From the NCBI GenBank assembly GCA_039208735.1, contig JBCCQY010000080.1:1-38474 (forward strand): DNA of 38,474 bases, given 5' to 3'. This document shows, piece after piece, positions 17,725 through 26,634 of this stretch. The notes under the pieces were generated by a model. The model saw only the letters and a list, made by a program, of their open reading frames with translations. It ran no database searches and was not told the DNA's origin. The position numbers and the translations under genes were made by a program. Origin of the DNA: Myxococcota bacterium (GTDB lineage Bacteria > Myxococcota_A > UBA796 > GCA-2862545). Positions within the stretch are counted from its first letter, which is position 1, and the number at the start of each line of letters is the position of its first letter.

Positions 17725-18675
17725 ATGCGCCTTGCAACCTTGTTTTGTGTCGCTGCCTGCTCGAATGCCGGCGTTCCCCATGACGCCCCCGTTGAAGTGG
17801 CCGGATGGGCGAACCGTGCCTCGACCACCGGAGTCCTCCCGTTCAACGATACGGAACTCGACACCTACTTTCTCGACATTTCATTCACCGATCCATCCGT
17901 GTTGGTGAGGGAGCTCGGCAATGAGGAATTCGTTGCGGTGAACCTCTTGGTGTTCAAGGAGGACTCGGGCTTGGACGGCTTGTCAGGTCGTGAGGCGTAC
18001 GCCGTGTACACCTCCATGAACGTGACGACGCAACAGGACCTCGGGAGCCGCTCCATCCTCAACGCCGACATCGAGGTCCAGGCGGTCGGCTCGTCTTCGC
18101 CCGAGTTTCAAGCCCTCCGCCTGATCGAGTACGACAATCGGGCGGACTTTGGGACGTTCTCGGTTACGATTCCGGACGAAGGCAGAGACGCACGAGCGGC
18201 AGGACTCGTAGGCCAGTGGCTCTTGCCCGCCCATACGCTCTCCGAGGATCGCCGTCCAAGGGGACGCAACGTCGACTGTGGTTCGTGGACACCGCAGAGC
18301 GCAGCCGAAGCGACGGGGCTTTCCCTCCATCAGGCCCAGGACATCCTTGATCAGCCCTCGACCGAACCCGTGCTGATTTTCGAACTCATCGCCATCGGTT
18401 CCGCCACGGGCGATTTCGACGCCTACAGCGATGCGCTGGCCCTCGTTCAGGACGAACTCGGCGCGCGTCGGCGTTGGGAAGGCGAACTGATTCGACCCCT
18501 CATTGGGGATGCCGACCCGACCTTCGAACAAGCCCGGGTGACCGATTACCCCTCTCCAGATTGCGCTATCGCAACTTTGGCCGACCCGCGCGTGACCCGT
18601 CAGGACACCAATCGGGTCACGGGATCAGAGGTCTACTGGCTGTACGCTGCGACCCGCACCCCAAGGAGCTTCTGA
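17725..18675 (+). CDS. Lipoprotein with two tandem DUF1330-like (dimeric alpha/beta-barrel) domains
   Basis: MRLATLFCVAAC lipobox. Domain 1: FVAVNLLVFKE..LSGREAYAVY..LIEYDNRADF..RAAGLVGQWLL. Domain 2: PVLIFELI..FDAYSDAL..LGARRRWEG..LIG..VTDYPS..LADPR..YWLYAA. Confidence 0.7.
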   Translation: MRLATLFCVAACSNAGVPHDAPVEVAGWANRASTTGVLPFNDTELDTYFLDISFTDPSVLVRELGNEEFVAVNLLVFKEDSGLDGLSGREAYAVYTSMNVTTQQDLGSRSILNADIEVQAVGSSSPEFQALRLIEYDNRADFGTFSVTIPDEGRDARAAGLVGQWLLPAHTLSEDRRPRGRNVDCGSWTPQSAAEATGLSLHQAQDILDQPSTEPVLIFELIAIGSATGDFDAYSDALALVQDELGARRRWEGELIRPLIGDADPTFEQARVTDYPSPDCAIATLADPRVTRQDTNRVTGSEVYWLYAATRTPRSF

Positions 18676-18680
18676 GACCG

Positions 18681-18788
18681 GAGTCCGGTCCCGCGAGGGG
18701 ACCAAGCGGTTCCGTGCCGCCGACCGTCGCGGACGGAAGACCATTTGGAGTGGTTGGCGGTGCGACCCTCGCCAACCCATATGGACTC
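18681..18788. other. Multi-hairpin intergenic element between convergent genes (terminator, REP-like or small RNA)
   Basis: A closing pair GAGTCC/GGACTC encloses three hairpins: GGTCCC/GGGACC, TTCCGT-CCGC/GCGG-ACGGAA and GGTTGGCG/CGCCAACC. Confidence 0.4.
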
Positions 18789-18818
18789 TCGATCGGCGAA
18801 CATCTAGGTTGAATCTAC

Positions 18819-20057
18819 TCAGTTCGATCCCTCGAGCAGCGCCATGAATCCATCCACCCCATCTGGGCCACCCGGCGGATTCACCAGCATCTTCATATCG
18901 ATTTCGACCCGCACGTTCTCGGGATTGCCCTGCTCCCCTTCCAACGCATCGGGATCGGGGTTGATCACGATGGATCCCCAATCGAAATTCAGCCGCGGGC
19001 CGTTGGAGACCTGTTGGTCGTCCCAGTTACCCACTCGAACCTTTGCGTGTTTGAGGCCGATATTGCTTGCATTGCCGCTCGTTTGCAGGTCGTTCCAGAG
19101 CTTGCGGCAATGTGGAAACACCAGCGGGCAGCCACCCATTTCACGTTCGGTGTCGGGAAGGACTTCGATATTCTCGTGGTCGTAGGGCTGAGGGTTCCTC
19201 CCCTCATCATTGTGCTGCCGGTTGGGCGCCGTGAGCGGTCCGTCGCCATGTTCGCTCGGTGCTCGATAGACCTCGTTGCCGTCAGGGTCTCGCGCCACCG
19301 TATCTCCCCCTCGAAACACCTCGCCATTGGGCGTTTGAACTTCGATACGCGTGACGGTCAGGGTGCGGGGTTCCCCTTCGAAGGTATACGTCGTCGTGAT
19401 GCTCACCACCCGAACCGTCGCTCCTTCCGAGGACCAGAGGATGTGTTCCACCGATCGGCCCTGAGTGTCCGTGTAGGTGTCGCGCATGTAGAAGGGCTCG
19501 CTTGACGCAATTCCATCCAGCCCAAAGCCAGGGATCAGCCAGGTATTCATCATGCTGTCACCGGGACGGTCCATCCATCCCAGATACCCCTGCGGACCTG
19601 GTCCGCTAGGTGCTGTCGGCTCCCCTTGGACGGCCCAGATCTCCTCGCCAACGAGTTCCAGTCCCGACGCGATCCAGTTCGACATCAGGATCTCGGCATG
19701 CTCCATGGCCTCACGAATTGCGGGATCCAGGATGTCCTCCAGCCCGAATCCCGCCGTTTCGAAGGCATGGTCCGGCGTGAGCACACCGGAGCCCTCCAAC
19801 GCAGCCCAAAGGGCTTCCCGCATCGTCTCGTCGTGACCGTAGGTGATGTGGTCCTCCGACAGGGGCAAGTAAAAGAGCTCCGCGGCGGCTTCTGAGCGAG
19901 CAATGCCTTCGTCGACCCAGGGCTGCAGCTCATCGGGAGCCTCCCAGGCCATGGCCGACCGGATGGGATCTTCAACGAGGGACGTTAGGCGCTCGGTCGT
20001 ACCGCACCCACTGGCAATCAGCAAGGCCATGGCCGTCATCTGAACCTGCATTTTCAT
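18819..20057 (-). CDS. Hypothetical acidic lipoprotein
   Basis: MKMQVQMTAMALLIASGC lipobox; 412 aa; no recognised family. Confidence 0.75.
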   Translation of the reverse strand: MKMQVQMTAMALLIASGCGTTERLTSLVEDPIRSAMAWEAPDELQPWVDEGIARSEAAAELFYLPLSEDHITYGHDETMREALWAALEGSGVLTPDHAFETAGFGLEDILDPAIREAMEHAEILMSNWIASGLELVGEEIWAVQGEPTAPSGPGPQGYLGWMDRPGDSMMNTWLIPGFGLDGIASSEPFYMRDTYTDTQGRSVEHILWSSEGATVRVVSITTTYTFEGEPRTLTVTRIEVQTPNGEVFRGGDTVARDPDGNEVYRAPSEHGDGPLTAPNRQHNDEGRNPQPYDHENIEVLPDTEREMGGCPLVFPHCRKLWNDLQTSGNASNIGLKHAKVRVGNWDDQQVSNGPRLNFDWGSIVINPDPDALEGEQGNPENVRVEIDMKMLVNPPGGPDGVDGFMALLEGSN

Positions 20058-20088
20058 GGCAACCTTCCGTTCATGGAGCCCTCGCACG

Positions 20089-20700
20089 CTAGCCGCACCC
20101 TGCGCTCGGGTCCTGATGAAAACATGACCGATCGGTGACGGCCTGAACGGCTTTTAGGAATGGATGCACAATGCAGAATGGGTCCGGCAGGTCTTCGATC
20201 GCATGCTCAGCCTCTTCGATCGAGCCTAGGTCGAGTTCCCAGGAGACGAGGCGCAATCGAACATTCGTTTCCAACTTCTCGTGGGCCATCCGACGCGCGA
20301 GATCCAGGCTTTGTTCAAACGCCTCTCGAGCTGCCGCTCCGTTCCCCAGGGCCCGCCACGCCACGCCCACGTTCAGCCATGCGCGACTGTTGGCCACCCC
20401 ATCTCCGTCCTGGGCCCAGATCGCTTGCTCGGCTGACCAAGCCCGGCGGGCCTCATCAAACCGCGCCTGTTCGGCTGCCACACCCCCAAACCCTTGAGTG
20501 CTGGACCACGGACGTGGTTCGGACCAGGCTCCCGAAGGACCCGCCGCAACCGTCGTCGTGCGTCCTCATGCCGCTGCATGGTTGCCTCGATCATGGCGAT
20601 CCGGACCTCCAGGCTCTGCCCTCGGAGGTGTCGAATCGCCGCCCCCACCGCGTTGGGCTCCTCCACGAATCGCTCGGCCCGACGATGCAGAAGAAGCGCT
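20089..20700 (-). pseudogene. Frameshifted, 5'-truncated TPR gene remnant (left boundary from stop codon, right boundary approximate)
   Basis: One frame gives ...HEDARRRLRRVL..RGPALKGLGV. After a 1-nt shift near 20481 the next frame continues AAEQARFDEARRAW..AWLNVGVAWRALGNGAAAREAFEQSLDLARR. No plausible start or N-terminal domain. Confidence 0.6.
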
Positions 20701-20923
20701 CCTGGGCATTTGCCTGGCCTAAGCTTGTTTGTGGAGCCCGACGCCCGAAGACCGTTCCGTAGAGGCGCGTTTGGCGCGGACCTGCGCAACGCCCGCTCGA
20801 GTCGCGCGTCTTTTCGCGTACGCAACGACCGCTGGCACGGGCTTTTCGATGTGGCCCGAACATTGCTCTGGCGATCCGCGAGACCGTGAAAGGTCTCTCC
20901 AGACCTCAACCTTGGGAAACACC

Positions 20924-21502
20924 ATGCTGATTTTGCTCATGACAGGACTTCCGCTCGCATCGGCCCAGGATGCCAAGCCGGATGAAACCCCAGTGACTTT
21001 TGGCGATTTCGACGCCGATGGTCACACCGACGTTGCGATCGGGATGGTCGACGGCACTTGCGGGTACGTCGACATCTGGCTGTCTTCGGCCGATCCATCC
21101 TGGACGGACCCGCGACGCAGCACCGACCTGCCGTCTTCCACCCTGTCGGTCCGCCCCAGCCGCTGTGACCTCGACTACGGCGGTGCACTTGGCACAGCAA
21201 CCGACGAACGAGGAAACCAAAGCATCTATCTTGGATTTCCTAGCCACGCGACGCTCGTGCTGGATCTCAGCGTGCGCCGAGGCGTGTGGAGTGCAGATGC
21301 AAGCCTGGCCGCCGACACGTGCCAAAATTGTCGATTCCAGCCCGAGCTAGACCTTACAGCAAACTCGCCGGGCCTCCCCTGGGAGTGCACGGGTCAGGGA
21401 CAAGATCACGCAGCATGCATCATGGCTTGCATGATTGCCCAGGACTGGGGTGGATGCAGCTGTGGATCCATTCCCGACGGCTGTGAATGCGATTGCGGTT
21501 GA
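20924..21502 (+). CDS. Secreted protein with an FG-GAP-like repeat and a Cys-rich, defensin-like C-terminus
   Basis: Signal MLILLMTGLPLASA; FGDFDADGHTDVAIG; C-terminus WECTGQGQDHAACIMACMIAQDWGGCSCGSIPDGCECDCG. Confidence 0.75.
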   Translation: MLILLMTGLPLASAQDAKPDETPVTFGDFDADGHTDVAIGMVDGTCGYVDIWLSSADPSWTDPRRSTDLPSSTLSVRPSRCDLDYGGALGTATDERGNQSIYLGFPSHATLVLDLSVRRGVWSADASLAADTCQNCRFQPELDLTANSPGLPWECTGQGQDHAACIMACMIAQDWGGCSCGSIPDGCECDCG

Positions 21503-21554
21503 GCAGCAGGGTCAAACGGATTCGCTGAACGCCACCACCTGGAGATGTTGCGCT

Positions 21555-22799
21555 CTACCGGAAGCGCAACACCGTGTAGACGTACCCAGGCAGGGTGATG
21601 CCTGCGACCCAGTTGTCTGGGTCGCTGACGTCGTAGATCGTGGTCTCGGCAAAGTCAGCGGTCGACAAGCTGACATAGGGCGTCTCGACCAGGCGCCCCC
21701 GATCGCTTTCGAGTTCGACAAGCCCACCAAAGATCTGGTCTGCGGTTGCTGGTGGGCCACTCAGCTTCTCGAAGGTCTCGAGTTCGTTGCCTGGTTCAAA
21801 GATGTGCACTTCCCAGTCTGCAGAGAAGCGAAGATCTACCCAATTTTTGGGTGTGAACGCAGACGGGCCGTCTGGATGGACTGTAACATAGGCATTGCCA
21901 TCGGTTGCTTGCACCACGCTCGCCGTAGGTCGACCATCGGCTGTCAGCGTGGTCATATCCAAGTAGTAGTCAGGGTCGAAACCGTCAGCACCCGACTCCA
22001 TTCGAACCATGCACGGAGGGAATCCTGGGTCTCCAGCTGAATCTCCCGCGAAACGCGCCCCCTGACCAGGATGGGAAATGAAGTACAGCCGATCCCGTTG
22101 GTCTCGGACCGAGAGCGTGAAGTATCCGCAATCGTCTCGTTCACTGTAGGCTACGGTCTCGTTGTCTACATCGACGACGGCAAGGCGTCCCAGCGGCTCG
22201 TAGGTGAAGTCCTCACGCGAGTATCCGGTCGGGATGACCAATCGCCCGCGGTCGACCTGCGCATCGATCAGGCGGGGGGTCAGGGTGGCGTCGGGAGCGG
22301 TGAGGCCGTCGAGGGAGATTTCCCCTTCGATCGTCATGCTTTCGGGATTCCAGATGGCCACCTTCAAGGCCGATGGAACGACCATATAGGCGCGGGTTGC
22401 CTCGGCGAAATAGTTCGGGTTCAACATGAAGTTGCCTTCGTTGGCGCCTAGACCTGCGTAGCTAAGCCTTCCGGTCTCCGACAGGTCGCCACTTTCACCG
22501 ATTTCGTAGCGGATAATCTCCGGGGCGTCCGCGAGGGCGACGAAAAAGGTGTTGGGAATGTCAGGAGTCGCAAGAAGTCCCAAGAATCCTGGAACTTCAA
22601 TAGAACCGCCCTTCCGGACCTCTGTCCCAGCATCGATGTCAGATACCGTGGCGATGACGGAGTTGAACGTGTCGGGCGTTTGTTGGGTGTAGTGAATGGC
22701 GTAGCTCCCTCCAAACTCAGGAGAACGGGGCTCTTCGCAACCGATTGCCAAAGCACAGAGTACGACTGGGATGACGCCACGAACCAGGCTGGTGCTCAT
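21555..22799 (-). CDS. MxcI-like (DUF4374-like beta-propeller) lipoprotein associated with the TonB-dependent receptor
   Basis: AAGGAG SD; LCALAIGC lipobox; GRLSYAGLG, IWNPESMTIEGEI, DDCG and CMVRMESGADGFDPDYYLDMTTL motifs shared with the paralogue at 31831; directly downstream of the receptor and Fur-boxed. Confidence 0.75.
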   Translation of the reverse strand: MSTSLVRGVIPVVLCALAIGCEEPRSPEFGGSYAIHYTQQTPDTFNSVIATVSDIDAGTEVRKGGSIEVPGFLGLLATPDIPNTFFVALADAPEIIRYEIGESGDLSETGRLSYAGLGANEGNFMLNPNYFAEATRAYMVVPSALKVAIWNPESMTIEGEISLDGLTAPDATLTPRLIDAQVDRGRLVIPTGYSREDFTYEPLGRLAVVDVDNETVAYSERDDCGYFTLSVRDQRDRLYFISHPGQGARFAGDSAGDPGFPPCMVRMESGADGFDPDYYLDMTTLTADGRPTASVVQATDGNAYVTVHPDGPSAFTPKNWVDLRFSADWEVHIFEPGNELETFEKLSGPPATADQIFGGLVELESDRGRLVETPYVSLSTADFAETTIYDVSDPDNWVAGITLPGYVYTVLRFR

Positions 22800-22826
22800 T
22801 TCATCTCCTTGGACTTCTCCGCAGGT

Positions 22827-22851
22827 ATTGAAAATGAATTTCATTTTCAAT
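22827..22851. promoter_or_regulatory. Fur box (perfect 12-1-12 palindrome ATTGAAAATGAA-T-TTCATTTTCAAT)
   Basis: Core GAAAATGAATTTCATTTTC matches GATAATGATAATCATTATC at 14/19; lies just upstream of the MxcI-like start. Confidence 0.8.
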
Positions 22852-22880
22852 TTTTTCAACCAGTATCGTGATTGCAAAGC

Positions 22881-25268
22881 TTAATTGCTGATCGTCACCT
22901 TTGCGAAGGCTGCGCGTCCGGGTCTCTGGACGCCAAAGAAGTCGAACAGCTGGGCATCGGTCAGATTTTGGATCTCGGCGCTTGCCGTGATTCGCCTCGG
23001 CGTCATCTGGACCGTGTAGGTGAGGGCTACGGTATGGGACAGCTGTGCGGGCACTTCGGGCTTGAACAAAGCGGACCCCACGCTCTCCCAGCCACGGAAG
23101 AAGGGATGGACGTACCGTGTGTACCAGTCGAGGGTGAGACGGTCAGAATCGCTGACGATCTTCGAAGCCGCAATCTGGGCTGAGGCGTTTGCAAAGAGCC
23201 AGGGTCGATTCGGAATTCGGTCGCCAGCAAAGTTGCCGAACGTACCCTCATCACTGGAATTTCGAAAGTCGAGCCATGTAGTATTGGCGGTAATGCGAGC
23301 GACGTTTCGTGGAGCACTCCAGGAGCTGGTGAATTCGACGCCCACCGCTCGCGCTCCGAACACGTTGTTGTAGGAGAACCGAATGTCGTTGCCCAAAAGG
23401 ACGATGAGGTCATCCGCGAAGCGGCCAAAAAGCTGCGTATCCACCATCCAAGCACCGCTCGGCAGGTTGTCCGGGGTCCGCAAGGTCACTCCAAGATTCA
23501 CGTTGTGGCTGCGTTCGGGGACCAGATCGAAGCTGTCCGTGACCAGCGCCGCGTCACCGAAGAGTTCCTCGGGAGTGGGCAAACGGGTGGCGAGTTCGTA
23601 GGAGCCTTTCAGCCACCACGCATCCGACATGGCAATCCGAAGTGCGTTTCCGATGCCGAAGCGGTGGGTATCTCGGCTTGCATCACGGAGATTCCCACCA
23701 AACAACGGCTCTTCACTCCGCACGAATTGCCCATAGTGCTTGACAAAGAAGCGATTCTCGAGCCAGTCGTCGTTCAGACGCATGGTGTGCTCAAGTCCTG
23801 TCACCACCTGGGTGGTGTCGCGTTGAGCAGTGAGGGGATCGAGCAGTTCAGGATCTCGGCCTCGATTTTCCCCGGTCCTGGAGAACGTTTGGGGCGAGAT
23901 CGAGAGCTCGAGTCGATGGGCTGGGGCAGCATCATAGGTCAGACGCAGTCGTCCGAGGACAGCCCAGTCCGCGACCAGGGTATCTGCACCTGGCAGGCTG
24001 ATCTCTCCGCCGTTCTCGAGCTCGCGCGTGCACTGCCCGAACCAGTCGACGACACACGGGCCCCGATCTTGAAACGCCCGTCGGGTACCCGTCGCACTTG
24101 CAAATGCATCGATACGAAGGGCGCCGAAGGCGTTCTGGAAGCGAACCAGCCCCCCTCCCGTCGCAACCGACGAGGTTGGTGCGCCGTAGGGAATCGTCAT
24201 CACGATGTTGTGTTGGATATCTCTGGAGAAACCTGCGCCAAAACCCCGTACCATCAGTTGGTCGGCCCAGGGTCGATCCACGACACCAACCTCGAGCGCG
24301 CCTCCCGCAGCGCGGTAGCTATCGTGAAAGCGGCGCACCTCCGTGGGGATCAACTGTCCCCGTTCGTTTGGAATATCAACGTCGATGACATAGTCGTTTT
24401 CGGAGATATCGACGTAGGCGGAGCCTGCGACACGCAGCACCCCATTGCCGGCTCGACCTTGCAGGGCGAGTCGATGGGTATCGAACGCTCCCCCCTGGTA
24501 GGAGAAACTAGCTCCGTTGTTTTGAGCGCTTTCTTCGCTGACCAGGTTGATGGCCCCTCCCAACGCATCTGCTCCGAAGGCGACGGGAACGACGCCACGG
24601 TAGACCTCGACCCGACGCACGATGTCCACCGGCACGTTGCCGACGCCGAACGGGTAGCCCGCGAGTTCGAGGGGAATGCCATCGATGAAGAATCGCACTT
24701 GGTTGTCGGTGAGGCCGTTCAACGACACGCGAATGCTAGACCCAAGCCCTCCGGTCCGGCGAATCCCCACTCCCTGCGTACGGGCCATCACCTCACCGAG
24801 ATCGGCAGATTGCGCCTGAGCTTCCTCGGTCTCCACAACGGTAATCGCCAGAGCCGAGCGACGGAGTTCGCTCGCTTCGGTCAGCCCGACGACGACCATT
24901 TCGAGCGCATCTTCCTGTTTCGGCAGAACCAGATCGACTTGCCGATCTTGACCCGCGAGCACGGTAATGCGAGAAATCTTGACGACCTCCCCATCGACAG
25001 CCACCTGGAGCCCCCAGGTCCCTTCCGCCAGACCATCGGTCCAGAATCGACCGTCCATTCGAGTCATGGGGATGTCCGACCACCCCGTTCGCACGAGCTG
25101 GATGCGACCGCGTGCGGAGTCGAGTGGAGCCCCTGTCGCCTCCACGAGCCGAATCGAAAGGCTTCCGGTGGACACGGAGGAGGTGGCTACGGGCTCGTCC
25201 TCACCGGTCTGGGCGCGTGCGGTGTCCCAGACGCCGAGCCCGAAGTTGAATATGAATATCATTTTCAT
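22881..25268 (-). CDS. TonB-dependent siderophore receptor, MxcH-like, with an N-terminal carboxypeptidase-regulatory-like domain
   Basis: TonB-box-like EMVVVG; plug motifs GVGIRRTGGLGS, FIDGIP and RVEVYRGVVPVAFGADALGGAINLV; barrel motifs LPTPEELFG, LVPERSHNVNLG and NLTDAQLFDFFGVQRPGR. Start uncertain (see findings). Confidence 0.9.
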   Translation of the reverse strand: MKMIFIFNFGLGVWDTARAQTGEDEPVATSSVSTGSLSIRLVEATGAPLDSARGRIQLVRTGWSDIPMTRMDGRFWTDGLAEGTWGLQVAVDGEVVKISRITVLAGQDRQVDLVLPKQEDALEMVVVGLTEASELRRSALAITVVETEEAQAQSADLGEVMARTQGVGIRRTGGLGSSIRVSLNGLTDNQVRFFIDGIPLELAGYPFGVGNVPVDIVRRVEVYRGVVPVAFGADALGGAINLVSEESAQNNGASFSYQGGAFDTHRLALQGRAGNGVLRVAGSAYVDISENDYVIDVDIPNERGQLIPTEVRRFHDSYRAAGGALEVGVVDRPWADQLMVRGFGAGFSRDIQHNIVMTIPYGAPTSSVATGGGLVRFQNAFGALRIDAFASATGTRRAFQDRGPCVVDWFGQCTRELENGGEISLPGADTLVADWAVLGRLRLTYDAAPAHRLELSISPQTFSRTGENRGRDPELLDPLTAQRDTTQVVTGLEHTMRLNDDWLENRFFVKHYGQFVRSEEPLFGGNLRDASRDTHRFGIGNALRIAMSDAWWLKGSYELATRLPTPEELFGDAALVTDSFDLVPERSHNVNLGVTLRTPDNLPSGAWMVDTQLFGRFADDLIVLLGNDIRFSYNNVFGARAVGVEFTSSWSAPRNVARITANTTWLDFRNSSDEGTFGNFAGDRIPNRPWLFANASAQIAASKIVSDSDRLTLDWYTRYVHPFFRGWESVGSALFKPEVPAQLSHTVALTYTVQMTPRRITASAEIQNLTDAQLFDFFGVQRPGRAAFAKVTISN
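25248..25266 (-). promoter_or_regulatory. Fur box overlapping the first codons of the TonB-dependent receptor
   Basis: Minus strand GAAAATGATATTCATATTC, 15/19 to the classical Fur consensus; AT island in GC-rich DNA. Confidence 0.7.
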
Positions 25269-25552
25269 GAAGGCCGGGTATTGATCCGCATGGCTCCCGC
25301 AAGGGGTTTCGGAGAAGTCGAGGCGACCGGCTCGAAGCAAGTGAAAGTTCTATCGGAGAGGGGTCCTGCGGCATAGAACGTGCCTGAGAGGGCGAGTGTA
25401 GGGACCAGAAGGTGTCGGACTCGCTGCCAAGGATCTGCTTGTCACAACGTATGGCCGGCGCAAACTTCATGAAGTATGAAGTTGATGACAGACCAGCAGT
25501 CCGCTCCCGAAGCGACGCCGTCGTCCGTCGGACCACCACCCCGAGGCAATGC

Positions 25553-26017
25553 ATGGACTTTCAATTGTGGCCAGGACTTGTGGGAGGGGGGATTGGTTCC
25601 GCTCTGTTCACGGTCGTCATCATCGCGTCTTACCTGTTTGCCAAAGAGATTTGGCTTACCGAAGTGACGGCCGGCGAAGTCCCCTTCGAGTGGAGCCCCA
25701 AGGGCCTGCTGTGGGTCGCCGCCATTCTTGGCGTGATGTTCGTGGGGAGCGCGGCCACAGCTGGGTGGGTGGCCGCGGGCGGCGGCACATTCTGGGAGTC
25801 GGTGCTTGCTGCCTACTGGGTGCAGGTCGCCATCAACACTGCAGACCTACTCTTTATTGATATCGCCCTTTATATCTGGATTCATCCCAAATTCATGCAA
25901 TTCGACGGCGTTCCTCCTCTCGAAGGCTACTGGCCGCATGTCAAGGGAGCCTTCAATGGCTTAATCATCGGGGCACCCATCGCACTGCTATCCGGGGCCT
26001 TGGCTTGGCTGGCCTAA
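25553..26017 (+). CDS. Four-TM hypothetical membrane protein
   Basis: Four hydrophobic segments; NTADLLFIDI..IHPKF..GYWPHVKG; GAGG upstream of ATG 25553. Confidence 0.7.
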   Translation: MDFQLWPGLVGGGIGSALFTVVIIASYLFAKEIWLTEVTAGEVPFEWSPKGLLWVAAILGVMFVGSAATAGWVAAGGGTFWESVLAAYWVQVAINTADLLFIDIALYIWIHPKFMQFDGVPPLEGYWPHVKGAFNGLIIGAPIALLSGALAWLA

Positions 26018-26040
26018 GGTCGTCGACGCCGGCCGGGTCG

Positions 26041-26634
26041 CTACTTTCGCGCTGCGCGTTCGTCGCCACCACTGCCAATTCGACCACCACCCCACCGCGA
26101 GGTCCATCCGATCAACACATGAGCGCGCTCGATGGCGGCTGGATTGGACAGCGAGTACAGCGTCTGGAACACGACGCCGTGGTTCTTCGCGAAGCGGAAG
26201 CGAACCGTGGGCAGCGGCGTCAGGTAGGCCTGCCAAGACTGGAACTGCCGCCGGTCTCGCACCGAGTAAGGCGGCTGCTGACCGCTGTTCTCGTAGACCA
26301 CCGTTTCGCGAATGAACGCAAACTCGGAGCCCACCAACACCCCGTAGTCGATGTCCCATCGATCGTTGCGGCCGAGCACCGCGCGTAGGCCTCCGCCTAT
26401 GTAGAGGCTGTGGTACCAGGAACCCGTCTCGGTGAAGTTGCCGAGATTACTGGCCACGGCGTACGCATCGTTCTGGCTCGAGAGCCGGCCCGCAACGTAG
26501 AGCCCTTTGAAGACACCGTAGTCGACCTGAGCAGAAAGCCCGGGCCGAAATACGGCGTTGAGTGCGACGTCGGCGTTTAGCGTGCCCTCGGGCGACCCCG
26601 CCAACGCCAGAGACATGAGCATCCACGTGATCAC
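26041..26634 (-). CDS. Exported protein, probable small outer-membrane beta-barrel
   Basis: Signal MITWMLMSLALA; amphipathic strands (LSAQVDYGV, LYVAGRL, LYIGGGLRAV, WDIDYGVLVG, VRFRF); GTGA overlap with the esterase stop. Confidence 0.65.
   Translation of the reverse strand: MITWMLMSLALAGSPEGTLNADVALNAVFRPGLSAQVDYGVFKGLYVAGRLSSQNDAYAVASNLGNFTETGSWYHSLYIGGGLRAVLGRNDRWDIDYGVLVGSEFAFIRETVVYENSGQQPPYSVRDRRQFQSWQAYLTPLPTVRFRFAKNHGVVFQTLYSLSNPAAIERAHVLIGWTSRWGGGRIGSGGDERAARK

Noticed and set aside
18665..18710. TPP-riboswitch look-alike (CTGAGA...CCC)
   Set aside because: Lacks the downstream ACCTGA and GCGnAGG core and lies at a 3' end between convergent genes.
20114..20141. TGAnnn hexamers at 11-bp spacing upstream of the 18819 lipoprotein (and TGGTCA twice, 22 bp apart, at 6981 and 7003)
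   Set aside because: Too short and degenerate to distinguish from chance.
23505..25376. 623-aa plus-strand ORF
   Set aside because: Antisense shadow of the TonB-dependent receptor; no motifs, and typical of high-GC codon bias.
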